Shown: one piece after another, positions 26,657 through 42,439 of the stretch
Position numbering within the stretch: the stretch's first letter is position 1
How the letters are laid out: each line of letters begins with the position of its first letter
DNA from: Tubiluchus corallicola
Lineage: Eukaryota; Animalia; Priapulida
Reading direction: 5' to 3'
NCBI GenBank assembly: GCA_030141605.1
Contig: JAQGDQ010000150.1
Span: 1-64,000, forward strand
Length of the DNA stretch: 64,000 nt
The notes under the pieces: model-generated
What the model was told of the DNA's origin: nothing
Database searches by the model: none
Seen by the model: only the letters and a program-made list of their open reading frames with translations
Translations under genes and position numbers: made by a program

Positions 26657-29600
26657 GTGAGTATGACACTGTGAACTGTAATATTTTAGCAATGTAGGCC
26701 TATGGCTGAGAAATTGACAAACCGAGAGAGCTTTGGTGACGCAGAGACAGTTATATGCATAATGATTAAAGCTGTTTAATTAATTTTAAATTGCATTTTC
26801 GCATCATAGCATGATTCAATCGAGTTGACATTAGGTAGAATGATTAGCTAGGATGTCCTTGATTCAAAATTAGGAATGGCTAGCCATTTTCTGACCAGTT
26901 AATTAATTAGAGCTGTTTATGCAATTAATTTTAAATTGATTTAAATTGCATATTCCTATGATATTAACTGATCATGGTAATGATCATGATATGATATGAA
27001 TGAGTTGAAAGTAGCTAGAGTGATTAACTAGGATAGTTTGGTTCAAAATGAAAAAATTGTGTCAATTCGTTAATTGGTCAAATAACCAGAGTTGTTTAAT
27101 GAATTGATTTTAAATTGAGTTAAATTGCATGCTTTCATGTTCCGATCGAGTTGAACTTTGATAGGGGTTATTAGGTGGGATGTCTTAGGTTCAAAACAAA
27201 AAATTGTAGGATTTTATTAGTTAGTCCATTAACTGTAGCTGTTTAATTAGTTAATTTTAAATTGTTTTAAATTGCTTATTTCCGTGAAACAATCGAATTT
27301 AAATTTGGCAAGATGCTCAGCAAGGATGTCCTTGTTTCGAAAATAAACGAAAGATTGGTATACTGCAGTATATGCAGTACGTGAAAGTAAGAAGTGATTT
27401 AAACCTAGAGTGACCTAGATTTATTTTCTGTCACTTTAAACATCTTAGAGTTGCATGTTGGAAGATGAATAAGAAATGATGTACTAATAATACAAAGAAA
27501 ATTCGAAAGACTGAAAATGCGAAAAAGTTGGGAAAAGTTGGGACCATCTGCCTTAATCACTAAGTCACTGCATCTCCAAATGTTCAAGGCTGTCCAAAGT
27601 TCAGACCTTTTAGCTGGTATTTCCAGGATTAAATCACTCACGCTAGGACGATTCTAACTAATTAGATTAATTATAAGTAACTTTGAAGTAGGTATTTCCG
27701 TAGTGATTAATTAATAATTATCATTGTTATAATGTTAATGTTAAGATTTTTATAGATAAAAACAAACGGTAAAATTACCAGTGATTGTATACACTTAGCC
27801 CGATCAATTAATTTAACATTTTAACTTTAATTTTCTTACCTCAAAAAAGACATTTGACTTCAATAATGACAGTTTTTTCACACGGTTATTACTTTCTATT
27901 CGTTATTTAGGACTACCTGTACAAGAACGGTTATCTATCCACGGACATTCCATCTGAACTGGCACTGCTAGACTCATTAAGGTAGGCCTTATCTAATTAA
28001 AATCATTTACACTTTGGGCATAAACAATGTATTATTTAAACGATAAATTTTTTACCCCAGAATACTAACTGTAAGGAAAGCATGTCTGCTTGATGAGAGC
28101 ACATATCGCATAAATAGCATCTTGTAGATAGGTGATTGTGTGTGATAAAGCTAAGAATGGGGATAACAATAAAGCTTGGAATGCTTTAATATCGACAAAA
28201 ATCGCTTACTTCGTTTAAAGACAAGAACAAGATCCAGAAGAATAGCGATTTGAGTCGAGTCCTCGACCACTAGTTCGACATGAAGTTCTTAGTCGAGGGG
28301 TTCACCGAAATGAAGACGATGGTTAAAATATGCATTCCGTCAGTAGATACGAAATTTGCTTTAGTATATTCGTTCGCAGTTTCATGACGATCTTGAATTT
28401 AAAATGATGGGTGTCATGGTCTGTGTATGTAAGGGTAATTGTACGCAGGTGAAATGGTAGTCGCTAGAGAACTATACCCTGTGACTAGATCCGGGCGAGC
28501 TTCCGGATCTGCGAAAGTGTACCCTGTCGGTTCCAGGCAGTAGCTGAACGATAAGGTAGCTCTACGGGGTGCTCTACTTTTAGTGGTGTAATTGTTCGTT
28601 AGGGATGCTGTTTTCATGTACGTATATGTCGTAAGTTTATGATGCCAACAAATATACTAAAAACGTATTAATGGCAACATACGAACTTCAGTGTTTAATA
28701 AAAAAACAAGTATTTAAAAAAGAAAAAACAGTAAATCAATAAACATGTGGTTCCAAAAGTCAATGTGTGATTATGACCAAAATGAAACTATATCAACATC
28801 GTATTTCTGCAAGTATTTAAACATGGAACAAAGATATCTTGACTTTGACAAAAAAGGATCTGTAACAGGTTAACACTGGACTACGAAGCCTGTTTTCATG
28901 AATAGTCCAAAAATTGCAGTTTGGTTATTACTATGGTTAAAAATACAACTAATATGGACGAAATGCTTAAACTAAACTACATGCCACCTCGCGGAACGTT
29001 TGGCCAAACTCGGTGATTCCCTATGTGCAGAGATAACTCAGTCAAACACTTCGTAAAAAGTACGTATTTTGGAATGGTACCATTAAATGATAGTTACGTC
29101 ACCATCACAACAACACAGACGATACGGATCCATCATAGGGTTAACCCTGTCAGAGGTAACAGTTTATACTCCGGAAATTAATGTAGGAGTTCTAGAGCAG
29201 TTAATTGCAACACAGCTTCACCCACCAACGTAGTAATTATGTCCTAGCAATTATGTGAGAAGATACAACTCACATATTTGGCTCCTTGGTCTAGCTCACG
29301 GCACTCATGTGAAAAGTCCTGGTCGTCTGTTTAGACCGTGCCCATTTTTATCAACCACACGTATGATTTTTGGTCACTCACAGCTTAAAAAAATCTGACG
29401 TTTGGCCGCGTTTATCAAATAACACCTGTACTGCGCGTAGGTATTTCTTTCCGAGAGAAAAACTACCTGGCGAAATCAGCGTTGAAGTCTGTAGCATTGA
29501 CGTATTAAATGAAGAGGTACTTTTGGCTGGCTTCACCGAGCAGTGGTTTAAAACATCAGTCGTTGCCCTCCCCGGGGAACTTGCAAAATCCTACCTCAAC

Positions 29601-32600
29601 AAAAAGAATGTTTTCGTTTATATCACCTTTTACATTAAGTAATGTTTCTTTTGTTTTTGTGAGTAATATATAGGGACATCACACGGGTAAAAATCCAATG
29701 CAGTATTTGTTATAGTACATTATTATAAAGTTTTATGACAACCTGTTATGAATTGGTGGAACCTTTGGTCTTTTTGAAAAATGGAGTCGCAGTTCAAAAA
29801 TCCAACTCCGTCAGTCGATGTGGGATTCGAATTCTAGTATAAAGAATGTATGGCGTTCAATCCGCTGCGAAATGGGGGAACTTAAGCTTTTTTCAAAAAT
29901 CATGTTATCACTGCTATCTTAAAGCGAAATGGCAGATCGAAATTTTGTCTTTCAGTCGATGCAAAATTCGTTCTAGTATAATATTCGTGTGAAGTTTCTT
30001 GGCGATCCATTTTGAATTCACGGAATTTTAGACCTTGTTCAAAAGCAATAACAACAACAAGAACACCCAAATGAATAGCGATTTGACATACTCAACCAAA
30101 AAACATGTTATCCTCAATTGCATAGACCTTTTCCAGAGTTCAACACTAAAGTTTAATTCATGCTAAGCTGAGAAGTCTGTGGTTTGAATTAGCATCAAAA
30201 GAAAAATGTCGCTACCAAAGGCTGAGGTTTATGAGGCACTTTCAACTTTTATACACTCCGGGGACAGTACAAGGAATTCATCACTCAAGTATTTCTAGCT
30301 TGTCTGGAGCCTAGATATCATGCTTGTAATTTGTTCTTGCAGTATGGGTTAGTTTGACATCACAGTAGCAATGCATTGCAGGCATAAACGCTCTGCAGGC
30401 ATTGCAGCTTTTTTGATCATCTCTTCATGACCGCTTAATAGTCAACCGTCTGAATGAAGTTTGATCCAATGATGACTTATGGCTTTGATGTCATCGCTGC
30501 ATTGTTAAAACTACACCATTTAAGGATCAGATAGATGCAAAGCAATGTTTATTAAGAGAGTATTGGGCATCCGTATTTGTTCCTCATCTACGCCGATACT
30601 GTTAACGTTTGGCACAAATTCACTCATGCAACACATTGCTCTCGAGTTTTTAGAAATTATGAAGCCGAAAGTAACCTAAAGAAGAGCCAGGCCATAGACA
30701 AAGGCTTGACGAATAGCTCAGCCAGCCTGGAATTAGAGCAACCTGGAAAGCTATTGTAATGTGGTCCGGTAATTATCCGATGTACAGTGCCTGGCTTCCA
30801 CTATCTGGCGTGCAATAGTGGTTAATACCGCGACCCTATATGAATGAATGCTTTTGTAATGTATCACAACATAGCAAGTAGTAGATTACATATTTTATTC
30901 TGTCCTTATGTCACTTCTGTAGATGACTTTGCTTGAAATAAAAGTGTTCCTCACTATTTATGCAGTTTCTCTATTTTGACTTAGCGATTAGTTCTATAGT
31001 AAATTGATTATTACATGTATTGGCACTTTACAGCTTTTATAATATGAATTTATCTAATTTATCGCGATTAGCGTCCTTTTAAATTGTTTGTGTTTGCAAA
31101 TGTGTCTGTCTTTCGCAATAATTAATGTTCAATGACTATGCATCTGTGCATTGTGTTGCAGCAAATTCAGTGTAAACTGAACTCGGCCTAAGTTGTCTTT
31201 TATTTATTAACGCTGTATATTTAAATCTTCAATAAAGTGATTTTATCATCATGAAAGAGAAAGATAGATTAATCTCGTTTAGAAATAGTCTTACTTACAT
31301 ATATTTTAAATCACTTGTTCACTTGTTCATATTGTACTTTTTCTTTCTTTTATAATGTTTTAATTGTCATTTTTGTGTACTAATTTTTAGTTACCCTTTA
31401 AATTTGTAAATATTTTGAACGCAGTACACTGAGAACAGGGAAAGTCATGTACGACACAATGTACTAAAAATGACCGACTGTCCTGCAAAAGATGAAACCA
31501 TAAAAAAATAAGTAAGAAAGAAAGAAAGAAAAGGAAAAATAAACAAAGGAATAAATATTATATGAGTGAATAAGTGAAAGTTGGAAAAGGTGTGTGAAGA
31601 CAAGGCAGTGTAATGGCATATACATACACTAAATAACAAAACCATAATTGTTATGACAAATTTCTTTAACTTTTTAGGGTTTTTCAACGTTCAAAAAATC
31701 TGCGAGAAACGGGTGAATTGGATATTTTTACTCTTGGCGCCATGCATGAGTACAGGTTTGTTATATAATAATAGTTTTCACAAATGGTTGGATGTTATTG
31801 CATACTCTACTTGTAATAAAATACAAGAAAGTGCGCACATGTACTTATTTTGTGATTTCTTCATTAACTTACTTATCATTAATAATATTACACTAAAGTA
31901 AATTGTTTGTAATCAGTAGAAGGGTAATTGTATGAAGTATTTCATATTCGCAAACAGATGAGCTAGCCGGTTATACACCTTAACAGGTAGTCTCATTGAA
32001 ACACACGCACGCACACAAACGCACATTAAAATATATGCATATGTACATTACTGCAAACTTGTTACAGATGTGGCTATGATGACGTTAACAAGGCACTAAA
32101 GGATTCAGCAGGAGATACAACGTCTGGAACAAAATTTAGTGACGAAAAGGGTTTCGACGAAAAACGAGGCAATTTCATAAGCGGAAACAAAGACACTCGT
32201 GAAGGTAGAAGGCGTCAACGTAGGAGGCGACGAAATAGAAATAGTAAGGAACTAGTTATAGGCCTGTTAGTAAGTGTGAAATCTATACTGCACGACGTCA
32301 TCGCATTTAATAGTACGCCTTTTTTTCATTATCTCAATTTATCTGTAATGTTAAGATGCTAACATACTTTATAATATATAGACCTACACCTGTTTCTTAG
32401 TGTAAGGCAAATTTTCATTAATAATAGTTAACTACGCTTCAAAAGAAAATAGCATAAAAATGGTGTCATAGGACCTTTAATTTAACTTTGAAATTAATTA
32501 ATTTGCAGTAAATTTTCGGACTCGCTGGTGGTTCATCTGTGATCTTACATGGGGTGTGCGGGGAAGTCCACCACGAGGATGGACAATTGATGATTTAAGG

Positions 32601-34471
32601 TAATAAAGGTTGTAAAATGTTCATATCGGGCAGCGCCCCAAAAATTGTACTGAAGTCTAAATTACAATAATATTAGAATCACTGCTCTACAAAGCTGATC
32701 ATTTTTACAGTGTTATGCTGCAATACCTTAGCTTTTGCTTGTGAAAGTTATAACTTTGTAGTCCAAAAACCTTTGCGTGTTAAAAATTAAATGCCGGAAC
32801 AATGAAGGAACTTTTTTCCTATTTGGCTACACTCTTTTGGTCTGCGGAAATAAACTTCTTGCTTCAAATTTCGCTAAATAATTATTATTAAGTTTGCGTA
32901 ATGGCTTCTTGTAAGCAAATGATTAATTTTTGTTTGCAGAAGTATCATGAAGAACGTGCTTGATATCTGGCAGACAGGTATTAATGTAAATGGTAGCATT
33001 CTAACTTTCCGTGAGTCGGACGCCCCGCGCCCAGATCTAATACTAGAGTATCAGCGAGGTAGACACGGTGATGGTGCACCCTTTGATGGTCCTGGCAATA
33101 CTCTGGCTCATGCTGCACTCCCATATATCAGTGGCAGACATGACGGAGAACTGCACGTGGACAAAGCTGAGGATTGGAGGCCAAAAACTGTATGGGGAAA
33201 GGTGCGACTAACAAGCTCACATTCCTTATCTGATAACAAAGCTAGTTTCTTTGGCAAATGATAAGTATTACGAATGATCAGCGAAAATCGCGTGTGTGAT
33301 AGTCTGCCTTATAAAATGTTTATAATTTCAGCTTATGGAATACACAATACTTCACGAAGCTGGGCATCTTCTCGGATTACAACATTCGAGAAACTTCAAC
33401 TCAGTTATGTTTCCCTTCATTGGCAGACGTCATATTGCAAGAGGACTCGAACTGGATGATATAGATAAAACCCACATCAGATCAAAATATCGTACGTTTT
33501 AGTTTATGTTTTTAGCCAAGCCATGATATTGTCACGTTTTAGTTGCAGTGAATTAATTTAATTATGGTGAGATATAATGCGTCATTATAATCATTAATTA
33601 GGTTGAAATTGTAGCCAGTATTATAGAAACATTAATGCATTAACTGATACTGCCGAATAAACTAATAAGTGAAATTTATTAATTCGTCAATAAAATGATA
33701 GTTTGTTTGGGGTTAATTATTGTTTACCCAACTGCTATCCATGCTGACTTTTGGATTGCCAATTAATGTGAGCGGGCCACATGATGGAAGAGAACGTTAG
33801 AAAATCAGACAGACGAATACATTAGCTGAAGGCGTAAAATAGCAAGATAATTGGCAGATGCCTGTTTCATCTTTGCCATCAAATTCCTTCTGAGAATAAG
33901 AGCTATACGCTCGTGGTTTTTGAAAGAGCAGAAAAAGCGTGGTAATATAACTTTAATCTGGTGTGCAGCAAGATCAACCTTCAAACTACAAACTGAGTGT
34001 TGTTAGTAATTTAACTTATATGCTCATGTTCTTCTTATTCTTCATATTCTTTTTACTCACTTTGTATGTTTTATCTTGTATTTTGTTTTTCTTACTAAAC
34101 TATAAGTAGAGTAGAAAGTTAGCAGCCGATACCTAAAATTGTCAACTGGAACTGTCCCTCATGACTCCATTTATATGTTGTCTTCAACGTTTATCTGTAT
34201 TTTCAAAATTTCTCTGTACAATAAAAAAAGCTGTAATAATTTATCATTTTGTCACCTTTATCATTCATCATCTTTCTCATTTTGTCTATTTTACTAAATA
34301 CGTTATCATAATTATTATGTTACATTGCGTAAATTTACGTTACATTATATTGCAGGGATAAGATGGTGTGATAACTTAGACCTCGTTCCTGTCAGGATAA
34401 GGCCGGTAGATCGTGTCAGGATAAACAGAGAGAATAGCCGAAATGTCACAGTGTCAACTAGATCCAAATAG
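26546..34471 (+). CDS. MMP-A: secreted matrix metalloproteinase (M10A), no hemopexin domain, 8 exons, 354 aa
   Basis: Exons 26546-26656, 27911-27981, 31678-31755, 32068-32243, 32509-32599, 32940-33201, 33332-33491, 34356-34471 join in frame (1065 nt). Motifs: signal peptide MHHLFCFVSLSMYILAGS, YLYKNGYL, TGELD, switch YRCGYDD, furin-type RRRR, HGDGAPFDGPGNTLAHA, HEAGHLLGLQH, Met-turn SVMFP. AATAAA at 34535. Confidence 0.9.
26760..27345 (+). repeat. Degenerate ~140-180 bp tandem array (about 4 units) in MMP-A intron 1
   Basis: Recurring ttaattttaaattg...gagttga...ggatgtc(c)tt...ttc(a/g)aaa; related inverted copy at ~34912-35185. Confidence 0.7.
27911..27981 (+). CDS. MMP-A exon 2 (propeptide)
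   Basis: DYLYKNGYLSTDIPSELALLDSLR; 71 nt, same length as MMP-B exon 2. Confidence 0.85.
31678..31755 (+). CDS. MMP-A exon 3 (propeptide)
   Basis: VFQRSKNLRETGELDIFTLGAMHEYR. Confidence 0.85.
32068..32243 (+). CDS. MMP-A exon 4 (cysteine switch, insert, polybasic site)
   Basis: CGYDDVNKALKDSAGDTTSGTKFSDEKGFDEKRGNFISGNKDTREGRRRQRRRRRNRN. Confidence 0.82.
32509..32599 (+). CDS. MMP-A exon 5 (start of catalytic domain)
   Basis: INFRTRWWFICDLTWGVRGSPPRGWTIDDLR. Confidence 0.87.
32940..33201 (+). CDS. MMP-A exon 6 (catalytic domain)
   Basis: SIMKNVLDIWQ...HGDGAPFDGPGNTLAHAALPYISGRHDGELHVDKAEDW. Confidence 0.93.
33332..33491 (+). CDS. MMP-A exon 7 (zinc motif, Met-turn)
   Basis: LMEYTILHEAGHLLGLQHSRNFNSVMFPFIGRRHIARGLELDDIDKTHIRSKY. 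Confidence 0.93.
34356..34471 (+). CDS. MMP-A last exon (short WCDN tail)
   Basis: ttgcag|RIRWCDNLDLVPVRIRPVDRVRINRENSRNVTVSTRSK*; homologous to the heads of both MMP-B tail exons. Confidence 0.85.
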
Positions 34472-34911
34472 ATGTATTTTGCAACGATTATAGTATTGTA
34501 AATTACGTGTGTAGACTATTATATACGTCTTAGCAATAAAATGTTAATTGTAATGTAATTAGTGAACTGCAAAGTCATGTTAAGTTATATCAAGTATCTT
34601 TTCTATCGTACATATGTACAGAGGTGTGAATATGTACAGCAATTTGTTTTGAAATTCTATTATAAAACTAAAGTTGTTGCAGACAATGAATTTCAGCTTG
34701 ATCAGATCTATATTTGATTAAAACTGTTAATTTGCATAAATGTTGTGTCTTATGACAAATTTATAATAAAATTATATCGCCGTATTTTATGATAAAAAGA
34801 GCCAAATTATTTAATGTGTAATAGAGCCATATAGCTGCATGTCTATATGCCTATATATTAACACTTTATTTTGAATGAAAATAGAAATACGGGCGTGTGG
34901 AGCGCGGAAGC

Positions 34912-35185
34912 ATGCAATTTAAATCAATTTAAAATTAATTAATTATACAGTTCTTGTTAATTAACTAATTAATGAATTGCTGCAAATACCTTGCTTTGAA
35001 CCCAGAACACCTTAAGTAGTCATTTACCAAGTTTCTACTCAATTGGATAAAATTTGCATCAATTTAAAATTAATTAATCAAATAGCTCTAATTAATTAAT
35101 TAACTAATAAGCGAATTTCTACATTTTTTCGTCTCGAACCAAGGGTATTTTAACTAATCATCATACCAAATTTCAACTCAGTTGA
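34912..35185 (-). repeat. Inverted 2-unit copy of the 26760-27345 repeat family
   Basis: caatttaaaattaattaat...accaa(g/a)tttc(t/a)actca is the reverse complement of the unit. Confidence 0.65.
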
Positions 35186-35900
35186 ATACATACTTTTGGA
35201 ATTAGATAATTTTATATGCTTTTACAATTGAAAAAAGTGTGGCGTGCAGAACCAACAGAGTGAGTATATCATATAATTTTTTTCTAAAGCTCGGTAATTT
35301 CTTTGTGTACATGTATATTTAGTTTTTTCTTCTGAGGCTACTTTAAAAAAGCTCAGGCAAGATTAAGCCACGAAACATTTGATTAGTGCGGTCAAAAGGT
35401 GTATAGGTTTAATTTTCTCGGTCAACAAAGTTAAAAGATAACAACTGATTCGTTATAGCTGTCATTCGCTGTTACAGTGTAAACGTTAAATGAAAACCAC
35501 TTCGAATGGGAGTGCTGAATTGGTCATTAGGAGTGAATATTGCCTGTTTTATTTGCAGTCATACGAACAAGATATTGGCTATGTGCCCCATAGTACATTT
35601 TAGGCGTTGCTAGATTTTCATAATTTCTTTAGATCAAGTTCAGTTTTTCAAAAATTTAATACAAGTAATTGTGGATTCATTCTATCATTGCTAATCTTAC
35701 AGTTATGATTCTAAATAATTAACCAATTACTCACATATTAGTTAAGGCCCTAAATTAATTGAAAACTGTTCTGTTAAATTAATAATTACTATAGCATATG
35801 TAAATCAATACTTGGCATCATGTTAAACGTACTTGGTTCAAATCTAGGCTGAATCCGAATTTTTATATGCCCATTCTTTCGGCAAATTTGGTTTTCAAAG

Positions 35901-38981
<3,081 letters not shown>

Positions 38982-41900
38982 CTCACAATTAAGACTATAA
39001 ATAATTAATTAATTACCCAGACTACTCAAGACTAACTTAATTACGAAGTTTTTTTAATCTCTTAGTAATGACAGTAGCACCAGTAGGCCTACTGCTGACT
39101 GTTGGAAATAATAAATTGACTGGTAGGCTATAAGGTTGGCTGCTTTGATCACAGTGGGTTATTGGTTTAATGGAGATCTAGATTTGTAAGCCAAGTGTCG
39201 CTGTTTCAGGTCAAGGATAAATCTTGACTTTCATGTTTTATTATTCTTTTCGGTTAATTCTTATTTCAATAAATTAACAACGGTCGATTCAATTTCAATA
39301 TTAATGATAATATTGCAATTAAGATTGTTTAATACGCTCAAGTGTACCTTCACACAAAAAACAAATTATTCTAAACAGTTAGAAATACTCGCGCATAAGC
39401 AGATTAACATCAGTAATTTAGTGTTTGCCTGTAATCGGCCCAGTAGCTATTTTGAATGGTGATAGAATGCTTTTTACTCTATTAACGTTGTTCAGAACTA
39501 TTACTGACGAAACATGATCGTAAAAATTCACAAGAATGGAAACGCATATTGGATTTATTAAAACCATGGCGGACAATCACACTAAATGCGGAGTCGTGTG
39601 TTATACAAAGCTTTATTTTCAAATATTCATCTTGAGATGTAAGTTATGTAACCTACAATAAAATGATATTGCATTACGGTATAGGCCCGTTTTGCGATCA
39701 CAAAACGCTTCAATTCACAAAACTACATAAGTATGTATAAGTAAAACGTAAGTGATTGTCATACCTATAGCGTAAAATCAGGTATATTTTGCTAATTGTC
39801 AATTCACCAGACGATTATACAACAAAGACACTTAACTTCTCGCTAGATTACTTTAAGAAAAGATCATTTGTGTAAATCGATTTGCATTAACGCAATGGGA
39901 TTAAAAAACCTATTCAATTAAATGATCTTGTTAAGATGTTCATATAACAGCAATATAAAATGCATGACAAACTTTCAGTTTTAATACTAAACTAGGTTAA
40001 TAGTTCGCCAGGCGAAAGGTATGTAGAGACAATGAACATTCATTGCATTTAAAACACTTGTAATAAGGGAAGCCTGCGGCAACGACAAACCGCATGCTGC
40101 GTATAATACTAAAAACAAACAGACCTAGGTCGCGAAAGTAAATTTCTTCTCAAATAGAAAATCTAGAAACTAGGTGCTAGGCGCTAGAAGTATGTGCTAC
40201 GCTTTGCCAGATGCAGTGCGACTTACTTCTTTATATAAGGGCCTCATGGCGAACAGAGCAACAAATAACTAGGAAGTCTGCGGCCCGGGTCTTACATCGG
40301 AGCAAAGGCCAATGCATTTCCTTCCATTTTATTCATTCGAGGCTTTTAATAGTGGAAAAAGGTCAATTCGGTAAGCAGTTTTTCAACTGCTTTTCGCCAT
40401 TAAGGACACTAAATTTAGGTTTTAATTCAAAAACGGCAATTACTTTTTAATCAGTAAATTAACTAGTTTTTATTAGCTACCTTTTGCATTTGCCTGGTAT
40501 AAGTCTTGGCCTATTCAAACCGTCTAACCGTGAGGAATCACTGAGCAAACGAAGTACAGTAAGGTGCACTAGTTCCAATTTCCATGTTGAAATACTTCTG
40601 CCAAAGACAATCACGTTAACTGATTACAGCTAAATCGTGTTGCACCATAATGTCATATTTGTTGCACCTAACTTTTCAAGTCTAAAGTAAAATAAGTTAA
40701 TACATTATTCTTGTGCACAACTTCTCAAGAAACGTTTTTGAAAAGTTGCAAGACAAATGAGTTGCAGTATATTATAACGAAGGGGCAGCAGCAGCAGCAG
40801 CAGCAGCAGTACTATAAACTACTTGTGCCCATTATTTCGTCTGAATGAAAGACGACTACTAACATGTGTTACGGATATCCTTATTGTTAATTAAATAGCG
40901 AGAAAACTAAATGTGCGACCCGGCGAGAAATTTTTCTTTAGGTGCAGCAGCCGCAGCGCTTATATACCACATGCGCTTTTCAGCCGACATCATTTATTTT
41001 CATTAGAACCACTCTCGTTGTTACGACCGCGCACGCGCATATAAAAAATTCGATTGTAAATTGCAAAAAAATGTGTTATAGGTCTGTTGCGGCCTATGTT
41101 TGTCTGTTATACAATTAGAATTGACAAATAACAATTATTCTCAACTGAGACAGTTTGCGGAAAGATGAATGACCTCAGATGAGCGAAGAAACCACATACA
41201 TGTAGTCATGAATGCATAGTAGTAATAGTATAGTAGTAGTAGTAGTAACAGTAGTAGTGAAATTATTCTAGTAATTACTCTGGCATGAACAATCGGTTAC
41301 GAATGATGGATTTTACTATCATCATATTATGAAATTTGAGATTAATTAGACAGAAAATCGAAACACTTCAATTCAATGATCTTGGAAGACTTGGGTTTGG
41401 GAAGCAGCAAATTTCAATGTTTCTGTCAGTAGAATAAGCAGTGTCAAGCAATAATGACATTAATACATATAATTTTGAATTTTTAATATGGATTAATTTA
41501 CTAGGTTATTAAATTGTAGTTGCGTTGTGTTGCAAAGCGCGTCCAACGTTCTGAATAAAGATCATAGCACGTGGGAAGAATGTTGAAAAATAGGCGCCAG
41601 GCTACGTGACGTCTGCCTTTAACCCACATCGAATTTTTATTGTTTCAAATTCAAGAGCTTACTCTTGAAAGCTTTGTCATAAGAGCGGTCATATATCTTT
41701 TGTCATATATCACAAATGAATTCACGTGTACCTAATGAGTCCACGTGATTTACTATCCGCGGCTTAATGCTTTCTCTTTAACCTATTTTTGTTAAAAGTA
41801 AAATCAGCTTAAAATTCACTTGCATTTAGGGCACGGAATTGTAAAGCGTCAAGTATTATTATAGTACAACGTCATGGAAAAAAACTATCTCTATTACTGC

Positions 41901-42307
41901 TTGTGAGTTCGGGCAATATACTGCAGTTAGGGTGATAGAAACTACATAGATATTGCTAAAGGGACTTTTTAAGTTTGATGATAACGTGCGATTTGGAACG
42001 CAGCAGTGCAGATATAATGTGCTAGCTAGAAATTCATGCAGTGTATATTTAATGCAATGAAGGTGCATTAAACCCAACAAGTTCAAAAATCAGTAATCGT
42101 TCATAGATGAGTTTAATTACATTACGAATTACAGGATTTTCTGGTCTTACAATTACGACCAGAGAACAAGTCTGCAACCAAGTTTCAACTACATAGTGCT
42201 CTATTGAAACTATAAGATCATACGAACTCGTATTTCTCAGTTATTATATCAAATTACATCAATAGTTTATTGTGCTAGTTTGAGTCGCAGGAAACTTGAT
42301 AACAGCT

Positions 42308-42439
42308 ATGGTTACCATATTTTTGTATTTCACTTTGGTGGTCACTGTGACCACGACGTGGTGTTATCCAATCAAACAGGAGACGGATTTATCGTATCAG
42401 ATGCACGAAATGGGAAACGAAGTGCAAGAATTTATCACA
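42308..42439 (+). CDS. MMP-B exon 1 (signal peptide)
   Basis: MVTIFLYFTLVVTVTTTWCYPIKQETDLSYQMHEMGNEVQEFIT|GTACGT. Confidence 0.82.

Noticed and set aside
35559-35593. Candidate extra MMP-A last exon (LIRTRYWLCAP*) after a good acceptor
   Set aside because: No WCDN..VP homology and downstream of the true last exon and poly(A) signal.
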